A stretch of 64,000 nucleotides of DNA from Bdellovibrionota bacterium. Lineage in GTDB: Bacteria; Bdellovibrionota_C; UBA2361; JAAYZI01. The stretch covers positions 928,001 to 992,000 of the forward strand of contig JBMNIF010000002.1 in NCBI GenBank assembly GCA_050950765.1, in the 5' to 3' direction. This document shows positions 17,693 to 26,673 of this stretch, in pieces (within the stretch, counting starts at the first letter, position 1; each line of letters opens with the position of its first letter). The translations under genes and the position numbers were made by a program. The notes under the pieces are model-generated. The model was not told where the DNA came from. It searched no databases and saw only the letters and a program-made list of their open reading frames with translations.

Positions 17693-20600
17693 ATGAAAGT
17701 TTCTAAGGAAGAGGTTGTTATGAGTGGAATATATAGGTGCTTACTCGGCATAGCGCTCTTAGTTTTTGTTGTACTTCCTGCACAAGTTGTAGCAGATCCC
17801 CGTATCGGTGACAGATATACCCTCCCTGCTAAAGGGAGTGTGGAGTGCACCTCCACAGTGATGAATGAAATAGCGGCTGCGTTTAATACGCAAGGTTATT
17901 GGGTTCTTGATGATCTTGTTCATCAGATTGGAGAGTTTAATTTAGGTTTATGGGCACCTTTTCTGTACATCTTCGTTGTTTTCTTCGGGCTTATTCAGAT
18001 GGCGATGGGCATGCCACCAAGGACGTATATGTGGTGGATCTTCGGTCCGATTATCTATGATTGGCTTCTTTTTACGCCGGTAGAAGAAGCTAGAAAAGGG
18101 GTGTGTTGGAACGTTGGGACCTCTAAACAGACTCAAGCAGAAGTTTGGAGATTAGCAGAGGTCGGTTTTGTAAATCTTAATGATATTGAAAACCGTGCTA
18201 AGGGCTACTCTATTGAAAAAGGTCCAAACGAGGGAGCTAGGTATATCCCTATGGTTTTTGCTTGGTTTGATGACTTAATCAGTGATCAGATTGAGTTTCT
18301 TGTGGCTTGGTCTGGTATTACTCGGCAGATTAAAAACCCCAACGGGACAACGTATATGCATAACCAGCCTAGCAGTATAACCTCGAAAAGTGATGGTGAT
18401 GTAAATCCTTGGGCTATCTTAACTAATTCAAAATGGCCGATGCTTGAAGATATTACGGCTTCAACTCTACACAATGCAGATCTAAGGGAAGCTCTTTCGA
18501 GATTTATGGCGAGTGAGTGTGGAGACAAACTCTCTGAATTTATAGATAAAGGAGCTTATGCATCTTCCGGTGCTGCTAGAGGGGTAAAATTACCTGAATC
18601 TGTTTTTGTAGATTGTAATGGTGCAACGGAGACTATCGGTGGCAATGCTGGGTATAAAAAGATACTAAACGCCTTAAAAACACAGTGGGTTCCTTATCCG
18701 GAAGAGCTTAAGAGGATGCTCTACCCTGTGGGTAAAGATGAAAGTGGAAGTTTTGTGAACTTTTCTTCCGCTACTAAACAATTTTCAGAGGTGCTTACTA
18801 AGGATACCTCTCCGATGCAGATAAATTGCGCACAATTTCTTTATCTGATTATGCAGGGGTTTAGATGGGAGTCGGGACACGCTTATAACCAAGTTATTGC
18901 ACGAGCTTCCGAACATAAACTTACAGCGGAAGTTGTTACATATGATTTTTTATACGGCTGGAGAATTGGAAAAGAGAATAGTGTATCATTGACTATTAAG
19001 GAGCAGCAGCAGTTCGTTCAAAACCTGATCTTACTTTATATGATGAGAAATGAGTTTAGGATGGTTACTGCTCCTGCGGACAGGAAGTATACCTCTTCAG
19101 AGCGTGCGGAAAATTATGTTAATCTTAACGCCGCTACGGTAGGCTCCAAAAATAAATTCGGCGAACTCTATATGTGGGCAAAGTTGATGCCTTATATGCA
19201 GGGGGTGGCGCTATATTTCCTTTCTGCTATGTACCCCTTTGCCTGTATGTTGATGATTATCCCAGGTTGGCATAAGGTGATCTTGACTTGGATGGGGTTC
19301 TATGCTTGGGCGAAAAGTTGGGATGCAGGCTTCGCTGTCGTGATGTCTTTAGAGAGAAATATCTGGGCGATGGTCGGTAATACGCACGATGCTGCGGAGA
19401 TAAATGAGAGGGTTTATCAACAAAGGTTAGCTGGTACTATCAAATTACAAGAGGGCGTAACTGATGCTGGCGGAACTTGTGATATGCCTAATCTTGTGGG
19501 GTGTCTAATCCCCGATGTTATAGATCAAGGGGAGGTGGGTGCTAAAGGCGATACTCAGGCTTTTACAAGTGCTATCAGAACATTTGATTATGGAATGCTT
19601 CTTACTTCTAGATTAGATCTGGATTTAGCTAATGCGTATTACATCTATCTGATGTCCGCTCTCTATTTTGCAGTTCCTGCGGTAACGGGACAGATCCTTC
19701 TCGGTGCAAAGGCCGGTATAGCCGGTATGCTTACTCAAGGTGTTAGTGGTGTTGCACAACAGACCGGTAGCGGAGCAGGTATGGGCTATCAAGGTGAGTT
19801 AAGTACAGATACTGCTAATAATCAGGCTGTTGCTTCACAGGAAGGATTCGCTAAGAGCTTAAGGAATGGTGGCTTCGCTCAACGTGCTCTTGAAGCAGGT
19901 AGCGCTTCTGCTAAAACAGAGCAGACAAGCGCTGGCGCTAGTGCAATGGGTTCATTAGTTGGTGTAGAGCAGGGGATGAATGCTCAAAATTGGGATATGC
20001 ATGATGCAGCGCTAAAAAATGTTGTCGGCGCAGTAACTGGGGTAGTTGAGACGGGGCAAGATGTAAAAAATAAAGTGGGGAATAAAAAAGCTCCTACTCC
20101 CCCCTCTTCCGGTTCTAGTGTTGTTGGTGGTGGTGCTGGTGGAGGTGCCGGAGGTGGTGTTGGTGGAGGTGTCGGAGGTGTCGGAGGTGGTGCTGCTAGT
20201 ACTGGTTTGCAAAACACTGCTGATCAAATATTACAACATTTAAAAGCCAGTGCAGGTGGACAGTCTTGGCCGCAAATATTTAATACGGGGCTAAGGGCAG
20301 CTGCTGCTGGTGCTGGTGCAGGGATAGCGTATGGTAAGGGGCAGTCTTCTTTTGCTTTCTCTAAAGATCAGGCTGACTATACTGCAAGTGGTGCTATCGC
20401 TGGTGCGGAGTCAAGATTGGTTGGTTTTCAATCTGGAAGGTATGGTGAAGTGGCACAACAAGCTGCTGCTGAAAAACAGTGGGTTGCGAGTAGAAGACTC
20501 GGTAGGCAGATGGCGGGAACTATGTCTGCTATGGGTATCTTCCCCAATTCATTTACGGCAGGACCTAAGCCAACCAGTGTAAATGGTATGTTAGGGCTTG

Positions 20601-20875
20601 GGATGGGGGATACTACCTCGTGGAATGCAGTTAAACAGGGCGATTTTTATGGCTTTGGAGTTCAGGGAGAATATAACAAAAATGTGGGTCAGATATCTGG
20701 ATATAAAGATCAAATTGGAGAAACTGCGGGTTACTTTACTGAAGGTGCTAATTTCAAAGGAACTATTGGAGTTAGTAAAGAGGAAATTGGAAGAAGTTTT
20801 AAAGATACGTTCTCTTCAGATGATAATATGTTTAAAGAGCCAACAGGAACATTTCGTCAAGTCGAAAAGAAGTGA
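17693..20875 (+). CDS. TraG_N/VirB6-like polytopic conjugation membrane protein with a Gly/Ala-rich C-terminal tail
   Basis: TM pair, large Cys-containing periplasmic loop, then MPYMQGVALYFLSAMYPFACMLMIIPG..WAKSW and ALYFAVPAV, matching TraG_N architecture. Confidence 0.68.
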   Translation: MKVSKEEVVMSGIYRCLLGIALLVFVVLPAQVVADPRIGDRYTLPAKGSVECTSTVMNEIAAAFNTQGYWVLDDLVHQIGEFNLGLWAPFLYIFVVFFGLIQMAMGMPPRTYMWWIFGPIIYDWLLFTPVEEARKGVCWNVGTSKQTQAEVWRLAEVGFVNLNDIENRAKGYSIEKGPNEGARYIPMVFAWFDDLISDQIEFLVAWSGITRQIKNPNGTTYMHNQPSSITSKSDGDVNPWAILTNSKWPMLEDITASTLHNADLREALSRFMASECGDKLSEFIDKGAYASSGAARGVKLPESVFVDCNGATETIGGNAGYKKILNALKTQWVPYPEELKRMLYPVGKDESGSFVNFSSATKQFSEVLTKDTSPMQINCAQFLYLIMQGFRWESGHAYNQVIARASEHKLTAEVVTYDFLYGWRIGKENSVSLTIKEQQQFVQNLILLYMMRNEFRMVTAPADRKYTSSERAENYVNLNAATVGSKNKFGELYMWAKLMPYMQGVALYFLSAMYPFACMLMIIPGWHKVILTWMGFYAWAKSWDAGFAVVMSLERNIWAMVGNTHDAAEINERVYQQRLAGTIKLQEGVTDAGGTCDMPNLVGCLIPDVIDQGEVGAKGDTQAFTSAIRTFDYGMLLTSRLDLDLANAYYIYLMSALYFAVPAVTGQILLGAKAGIAGMLTQGVSGVAQQTGSGAGMGYQGELSTDTANNQAVASQEGFAKSLRNGGFAQRALEAGSASAKTEQTSAGASAMGSLVGVEQGMNAQNWDMHDAALKNVVGAVTGVVETGQDVKNKVGNKKAPTPPSSGSSVVGGGAGGGAGGGVGGGVGGVGGGAASTGLQNTADQILQHLKASAGGQSWPQIFNTGLRAAAAGAGAGIAYGKGQSSFAFSKDQADYTASGAIAGAESRLVGFQSGRYGEVAQQAAAEKQWVASRRLGRQMAGTMSAMGIFPNSFTAGPKPTSVNGMLGLGMGDTTSWNAVKQGDFYGFGVQGEYNKNVGQISGYKDQIGETAGYFTEGANFKGTIGVSKEEIGRSFKDTFSSDDNMFKEPTGTFRQVEKK

Positions 20876-20952
20876 AGTAAATAACTGTATGCGGGGAGGA
20901 GTTAACTAAAGAAGAGTAGCACTCACAACAGGTGCTACCTATCTAAATCTCT

Positions 20953-20980
20953 TTATCCCCCCTTACAAAGGGGGGGATAA
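20953..20980. terminator. GC-rich hairpin downstream of the traG-like operon
   Basis: TTATCCCCCCTT-ACA-AAGGGGGGGATAA inverted repeat. Confidence 0.55.
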
Positions 20981-21094
20981 GGCGCTAAGAGTGGCGTAAG
21001 CCTCCTTTCACTTAATCCATTCATTTTTTTAATAATTTCATATTGTTAGATTGTGTGCAGATAATAGGCGCTAAGCCTAGCTGGCTCCCTTGCT

Positions 21095-21115
21095 CTAAAG
21101 GGTGGCACCAAATTT
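21095..21115 (+). repeat. Solo copy of the repeat core
   Basis: CTAAAGGGTGGCACCAAATTT. Confidence 0.8.
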
Positions 21116-21273
21116 CCAGCTAATTTCTTCAATGCTTTGAGAGCGCCCAAAGTTAAAGATTGACCAAGACTGGATCTGATTCGGAGTTTGGAATATCTTT
21201 CGGGTGTCGTAGTTAGCTTTGTGATACGACATCTAACATAACGGCATTTACTGTTTTTCAGGAGTGACCAACA

Positions 21274-22191
21274 ATGATAAATCGAAAAAAACTTAATAAG
21301 ATTACCGTTCCCTCTATCCTACTTAGTAAAAGTAAGGGACAACAGGGGGGCGACACCAAAACCAAAACGGAGGTAGGTGACACCAAAGCTCATCAAAACT
21401 CCACACCCCAAACCACAATTGAAAAAATTACGGCGCTGACGGCTTATGATTACACCACAGCGTGCCTTTTTGATCGTGCTGGAGTTGATATAATCTTGGT
21501 TGGAGATTCTGTCGCAACTGTTATGCAGGGACACTCTACAACACTTCCAGTAACCCTTGATGAAATGATCTATCACTGCAAATGCGTTACGGCAGGTGTA
21601 AAACGCGCCCTCGTCGTTGGCGATATGCCGTTTTTGTCATATCAATCTTCCATAGAAAAAGGGGTCGAATCTGCTGGACGCTTACTAAAAGAGGGCGGAG
21701 TCTCCGCCGTGAAACTTGAAGGCGGCGTCTACATGGCGGCAACTATCGAAAAATTGGTGCAGGTAGATATCCCCGTTGTCGGACATATCGGACTCACTCC
21801 ACAATCATTTCATAGAATGGGGGGACATAAACAACAGGGAAGAACCTCCTCCTCTCATAACGCAGAAGTCGCGACTGCCGGTTCAAAAGAACGAATTATC
21901 GAAGATGCCATCGCAGTTGAAGAAGCTGGCGCTTTTGCTCTCGTTATTGAAGGGGTACCGGCTGAGTTGGGAGCTGAGATAACGAGTAGAGTATCAATCC
22001 CGACTATCGGTATCGGTGCGGGGTATGGCTGTGACGGTCAGATCCTTGTTTATAGCGATATGTTGGGGCTGAACCCTGATTTCTGCCCGTCATTTGTTAA
22101 ACAATATGTAAATCTGGCAGAGATAATAACGGCTGCTGTTAAACAATATATTAGCGAAGTCGAAAGTGGTGTCTTTCCCCAAAAACCGTAG
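21274..22191 (+). CDS. panB: 3-methyl-2-oxobutanoate hydroxymethyltransferase
   Basis: TAYDY, ILVGDS, GDMPF, VKLEGG, GHIGLTPQ and IPTIGIGAG..CDGQILV. Confidence 0.96.
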   Translation: MINRKKLNKITVPSILLSKSKGQQGGDTKTKTEVGDTKAHQNSTPQTTIEKITALTAYDYTTACLFDRAGVDIILVGDSVATVMQGHSTTLPVTLDEMIYHCKCVTAGVKRALVVGDMPFLSYQSSIEKGVESAGRLLKEGGVSAVKLEGGVYMAATIEKLVQVDIPVVGHIGLTPQSFHRMGGHKQQGRTSSSHNAEVATAGSKERIIEDAIAVEEAGAFALVIEGVPAELGAEITSRVSIPTIGIGAGYGCDGQILVYSDMLGLNPDFCPSFVKQYVNLAEIITAAVKQYISEVESGVFPQKP

Positions 22192-22300
22192 GTTGTGTCT
22201 GTACGACTAATTACTTAATGAGGGGGAATGGGTGGTGCCCTTCCCCCCAAAAGCCGTAGGTTGTGATCTGTAAATAGTGCGTCGATTATAGTGATTTATA

Positions 22301-22521
22301 CATTTAAGGACTTTTTTCCCTCCTTAAGATTGTAAGTAAGTTAACATTTAAGGGGTTTTTTCCTCCTCCTCCTTAAGATTGTAAGCACATTATGCTTTAA
22401 GGACTTTTTTCCCTCCTTAAAATCGCAATTACGCTATGCTTTAAGCGGCTTTTTTCCTCCTTAAGGTGGTAAGTACGTTAAGATTCAAAGCGGCTTTTTT
22501 CCTTAAGATTGTAAGCACATT
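22301..22521 (+). repeat. Five degenerate tandem units of 44-49 bp, each with a TTAAGG...CCTTAA inverted core
   Basis: Consensus TTTAAGGACTTTTTTCCCTCCTTAAGATTGTAAG starting near 22304, 22348, 22397, 22441 and 22485. Confidence 0.85.
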
Positions 22522-22587
22522 AAAAAATGTGGATAATACCCCTTTAAGCTTAACATATCTTGCAATTACTATAAGTAAGGTCTCACG

Positions 22588-23061
22588 ATGTCAAAACAAC
22601 ACGATAATACATCAGATTTTAAGGTTATTAACGTTAATAAAAAAGCTAGGTTTGATTATATCATACTTGAGACTTTTGAAGCGGGGATCGTTTTATCCGG
22701 AAATGAAATTAAATCTGTTAGATCAGGTGGTGTTTCTTTAACGGAAGCTTATATCCGCCCCGTTGATGGAGAGATGTTTTTAATAGGTTCAAATATTAAA
22801 GAATACGCCTTCAGCCACGATTCAAATTATAATCCCACTCGACAACGGAAGTTGCTGTTACATAAACGGGAGATAGATAAATTGCGCGGACGGGTCGAGA
22901 TGAAAGGGATGACGTTGGTGCCACTTAGAATCTACCTCAAACGGGGGATAGCAAAAGTTGAGATCGGCTTAGCTAAAGGTAAAGACGCTCCCGATAAACG
23001 CAGGGCGATTATGGCTAGAGAGAAAGACCGTGAAGCTGAAAGAGCTATGAAAAGAATGTGA
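22588..23061 (+). CDS. smpB: SsrA-binding protein
   Basis: NKKARFDY, EAGIVLSGNEIKSVR, RKLLLHKREI and GLAKGK. Confidence 0.97.
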   Translation: MSKQHDNTSDFKVINVNKKARFDYIILETFEAGIVLSGNEIKSVRSGGVSLTEAYIRPVDGEMFLIGSNIKEYAFSHDSNYNPTRQRKLLLHKREIDKLRGRVEMKGMTLVPLRIYLKRGIAKVEIGLAKGKDAPDKRRAIMAREKDREAERAMKRM

Positions 23062-23068
23062 GTTTGTT

Positions 23069-24550
23069 ATGAATGATCTTACTAAAAATATCACTATCCT
23101 ACTTAGCGCTAATCCACGACAGACCTTCTTTAAGAATTATAAGGAATTAAAAAGGTATGTAGCTGCAGAAGATATCTTTGTTTGTTCGGATACTTTAAGT
23201 TTAGATAATGTGCCCTCCAGTCAATACATTCAAGTTAAAAACACCTTAAATGGAAAAGCTTTAAAAGAGGCGCTAGAACGTACTCAAACGAAGTTCCTGC
23301 TCTTAGTGCTGCCACCTGATATAGTAGAGTTAAATGCAGACACGTTACAAAGTTTTGTAAATAGAGCTGAAGCAGATAACGCCACCTTAGTTTTTGCTGC
23401 TCATCAATCTCAAGAAGGTGTGCAGCCACTTATCGATTATCAGTTCGGGTCTGTTAGAGATGACTTTAATTTTGGTGCCTTAATCTTAATTGATACCAAA
23501 GCAGCAAAAGAGGTTGTCTCTAAATATCCGCAACTTTTACCAGATGATTCTGCTGCCGCTTGGTATGGTCTGCGCTTGGCGTTAGCACTAAAGAAAACCC
23601 CCGTCCGCATTCAGGAAGTGCTCTACACCGTTAAGCCACAAGAGATAGAGGATCAAGAGAAAGCTCATTTCAGTTATGTTGATCCTGCTAATCGCACCCT
23701 TCAAAAAGAGTTGGAAAGAGTGTTTACACACTATGCAAAGGTAGCAGGCTTTTTTTTGCCGCAAGTTAAAAAAGTTGAAGTCTTTAAAGATGATTTTAAA
23801 TACGAAGCTTCTGTTATCATTCCGGTAAAAAATCGCGTATCAACGATAAGTGATGCTGTAATTAGCGCCTGCTCTCAGATAACAGATTTTAAATTTAACG
23901 TTATTGTAGTTGATAACTATTCAGATGATGGGACAACCGCCATCTTAGATACTTTAGAAGAGAAGTATCCACAACTGCGACACGTAATCCCAGCGGAGGT
24001 TGGACTCGCTATCGGTGGTTGCTGGAACGTTGCCATAGCCGATCCGGAATGTGGTAAGTTCGCCGTACAACTTGATTCCGATGACCTCTATATCGATCAC
24101 AACACCTTGCAAACGATCGTTGATTGTTTCAGACGGGAGAGGTGCGCCGCCGTAGTTGGTGCTTATCGTTTGGTTGATAAAGATTTAAATGAGATCCCAC
24201 CAGGGGTGATAGACCATAGGGAGTGGAGTGATGAAAATGGACATAATAACGGTTTGCGCATTAACGGATTCGGTGCACCACGTGCGTTTTATACTCCGCT
24301 GGCACGCGCTATAAAATTCCCTAATGTTAGTTATGGCGAGGATTACGCCATGATGCTTGCTGTAACGAGATCACATAAGATAGCGAGGATCTATGATCCC
24401 CTTTATCTGTGCAGAAGGTGGGAAGGGAATAGTGATTCAAAGTTGAGTATCGAAAAAGGTAATCGCTTTAACGCATACAAAGATGAATTGCGGACAAATG
24501 AGATCTTAAAAAGGATTGAAGAGGTTAAATCTTCTCCTTGTCATGTCTAA
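23069..24550 (+). CDS. Glycosyltransferase family 2 (two GT-A-like domains)
   Basis: SVIIPVKNR, VVDNYSDDGT, QLDSDDLY and SYGEDYA. Confidence 0.85.
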   Translation: MNDLTKNITILLSANPRQTFFKNYKELKRYVAAEDIFVCSDTLSLDNVPSSQYIQVKNTLNGKALKEALERTQTKFLLLVLPPDIVELNADTLQSFVNRAEADNATLVFAAHQSQEGVQPLIDYQFGSVRDDFNFGALILIDTKAAKEVVSKYPQLLPDDSAAAWYGLRLALALKKTPVRIQEVLYTVKPQEIEDQEKAHFSYVDPANRTLQKELERVFTHYAKVAGFFLPQVKKVEVFKDDFKYEASVIIPVKNRVSTISDAVISACSQITDFKFNVIVVDNYSDDGTTAILDTLEEKYPQLRHVIPAEVGLAIGGCWNVAIADPECGKFAVQLDSDDLYIDHNTLQTIVDCFRRERCAAVVGAYRLVDKDLNEIPPGVIDHREWSDENGHNNGLRINGFGAPRAFYTPLARAIKFPNVSYGEDYAMMLAVTRSHKIARIYDPLYLCRRWEGNSDSKLSIEKGNRFNAYKDELRTNEILKRIEEVKSSPCHV

Positions 24551-24671
24551 ATAAAGGTAACTTTTAAAGAAAGGGATGGGGGAAATTTTATTGAGGCAAG
24601 TGTCTTAGTCGTGACCAAAATGTTTAATAAAGGTAAGGACAGTTTTTAGGGAGAGGAGAGGAAAAAATTTT

Positions 24672-25565
24672 ATGGCACACTTCGAATTAAAAAAGAAGTT
24701 AAAGGCGCTTTATGCGGAGCAGATCTCCTCGTGGGAACTTTTAAAGGAGAATGTTTCTGAACTTGACTTGGTTAAGCGTAAAAGTTTTACGGTAAACGGG
24801 GATGATGTTGTTGTGCAGTATAATCCGAAACGTGCCGCTAGCACCTTTGCAAAGATTGATGCAGCATCAATCGCTGCGCGCCCCTGTTTTTTATGTCCGC
24901 AAAATCTTTTAAAAGATCAAAACGGCTTTATTGTAGAGGAAGATTACCTAGTTTTGTGTAATCCGCGTCCGATTTTTAGAGAACATTTTACGGTATCCTC
25001 AAGAGAGCATCTTCCGCAAGATTTAGAAGGTAGGGAAGGGGAGTTCGTCAAGATCACTAAGGAATTAGGCGTTGAGTATGCGCTACTGTTTAATGGCGCT
25101 CGTGCAGGTGCTTCAGCCCCCGATCATCTACATTTTCAAATTTGCCCCGCTGCAGAATTGCCGCTATTACGTTCACTAAATATCGAAGTAGAGCAGGAGG
25201 GGGCTTTTGTTAGGCAGTTTTATGGCGTTAATTTCCTATTATTCGCTACAAAAAGTGCAGAGGAGAGTAAGAAGATACTTAAAAAGGTGTTGGCGCAAGT
25301 TGCAGATAGAACGTTACTTAATGTTATTGCTACAACAAAAAACGATACCTTGATAACTATCGTTATTATACGTGCGGCGCACCGTCCGAGTTGCTACACC
25401 TGTGGTGATGAAGAGCGGAGAGTTTTAGTTAGCCCTGCTGCTGTTGAGATGGGTGGTGTTTTTGTAGTGGCGAGAGAGAAGGATTTTGAAAGATTGAATG
25501 AGGGTAATGTAGCAGAGATCTTTAAAGAGGTGGTTGATCAAGATCTTACCTCGTTATATCCTTAA
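24672..25565 (+). CDS. DUF4922-like HIT/GalT-superfamily nucleotidyltransferase or phosphorylase
   Basis: QYNPKR, RPCFLC, NPRPIFREHFT and NGARAGASAPDHLHFQ (HxHxQ). Confidence 0.82.
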   Translation: MAHFELKKKLKALYAEQISSWELLKENVSELDLVKRKSFTVNGDDVVVQYNPKRAASTFAKIDAASIAARPCFLCPQNLLKDQNGFIVEEDYLVLCNPRPIFREHFTVSSREHLPQDLEGREGEFVKITKELGVEYALLFNGARAGASAPDHLHFQICPAAELPLLRSLNIEVEQEGAFVRQFYGVNFLLFATKSAEESKKILKKVLAQVADRTLLNVIATTKNDTLITIVIIRAAHRPSCYTCGDEERRVLVSPAAVEMGGVFVVAREKDFERLNEGNVAEIFKEVVDQDLTSLYP

Positions 25566-25608
25566 AGGTGTTGTTTTAATGGTATAAAAAGCATTTGCGG
25601 TGTTACTA

Positions 25609-25713
25609 TTATAAGTAGTCTGTACAGATAAGGAGGGGTGATATGGCTCTTCAGCTGGTGGTAGCGCAAAGTTGTTATAAGTAGTCTGTACAGATAAGGA
25701 GGGGTGATATGGC
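25609..25713 (+). repeat. 39-bp direct repeat duplicating an RBS and start codon
   Basis: TTATAAGTAGTCTGTACAGATAAGGAGGGGTGATATGGC at 25609-25647 and 25675-25713. Confidence 0.9.
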
Positions 25714-26107
25714 GGATCTTTATAATGGTTTTTTATTAAATGACGATGGTAACATTTCTAAAAAGAAGTTAGCTGTTTGTGTAGCAACACTATTACTTGA
25801 AATGGCGTACGTTGATGATGAGTTCCATAAAAAAGAGTATGAGGAAGTTATCAAACAATTAAGTAAAGCCTATGATTTTCTCGATGAAGAGTCAGCAGAG
25901 ACTGTGGATGTTGTGCGTTATTTACGTTCTGAAGAACCGGAAGTGGAAGATTTCATCAATTTAGTAAAAAATACATATTCAGAGTCTCAAAAGGAAGATA
26001 TCTATAATTTAATTCTTGAAGTAGCTATCGCTGATGGGAAAGTGGTTCCCGAAGAGATTCAGTTTTCGCGTGTAGTACGTGAAAAACTGGGTTTGCCGAA
26101 GTTATAG
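25709..26107 (+). CDS. TerB-family protein
   Basis: LLLEMAYVDDEFHKKE and EVAIADGKVVPEE, the duplicated TerB motifs. Confidence 0.82.
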   Translation: MADLYNGFLLNDDGNISKKKLAVCVATLLLEMAYVDDEFHKKEYEEVIKQLSKAYDFLDEESAETVDVVRYLRSEEPEVEDFINLVKNTYSESQKEDIYNLILEVAIADGKVVPEEIQFSRVVREKLGLPKL

Positions 26108-26271
26108 TGCGCAAGTTTTTCGCTAAAAGTGCCGAAAGATCTTTTTCTGGCAAATTTTCTTTTCTACTGATATAATTAGAGGTTCAGTGCGTTTTTATCT
26201 TATCTGCTACTGTCGGAGGTGGTGGCTATGGCTTTTGCCAAGTTGAAATAAAACGTAGCTGAAGTTTTTAA

Positions 26272-26673
26272 GGGGGTGCTTGGTTTCGACGGGATTCAGT
26301 GAGGTATTAGTAAGCACATCTAGGTTCGGCTGGCCTAGTAAAAAAGCCGGAAAAAAATAACTGCAAATGACAATGATTTTGCATATGACTATAATTGTGC
26401 ACTTGCTGCTTAGTTATTCGTCATAAAATAGATCCGCTCTATCATGTTCGGGTCAGTTCGTAGCGTGAGTGCTTGTGGCGGGCTACGGGCTTAAACTTAG
26501 CAAGCTAGTTTTTAATACCCAAGCCAGAGGTGTTAAGAGCGAAAACAATCAGGCTGGTTCCTCGTAACTGCGTGAGTACAGTTGTGTTGAACGAGATTAA
26601 TTATTCACTAAATGTGTAGAAAGCTAATGCTAAGGAGTCTCGGACAGGGGTTCGAATCCCCTCACCTCCACCA
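26272..26673 (+). ncRNA. ssrA: tmRNA; tag reading frame ANDNDFAYDYNCALAA at 26363-26413
   Basis: 5' GGGGGTG..GGTTTCGAC and 3' GGTTCGAATCCCCTCACCTCCACCA, with a G3.U pair and a tag ending in ALAA. Confidence 0.96.

Noticed and set aside
18558..18563. Avoidance of ATGCAT as support for RM specificity
   Set aside because: Sites are present (for example 18558 and about 19997) and I cannot compute expected counts.
19984..20227. Pro-rich and Thr-rich antisense ORFs
   Set aside because: Shadows of the Gly-rich GGT tract in the TraG-like gene.
22301..22521. CRISPR array (units end in ATTGTAAG, similar to ATTGAAAG)
   Set aside because: The variable parts are only about 10 nt and the repeats are degenerate.
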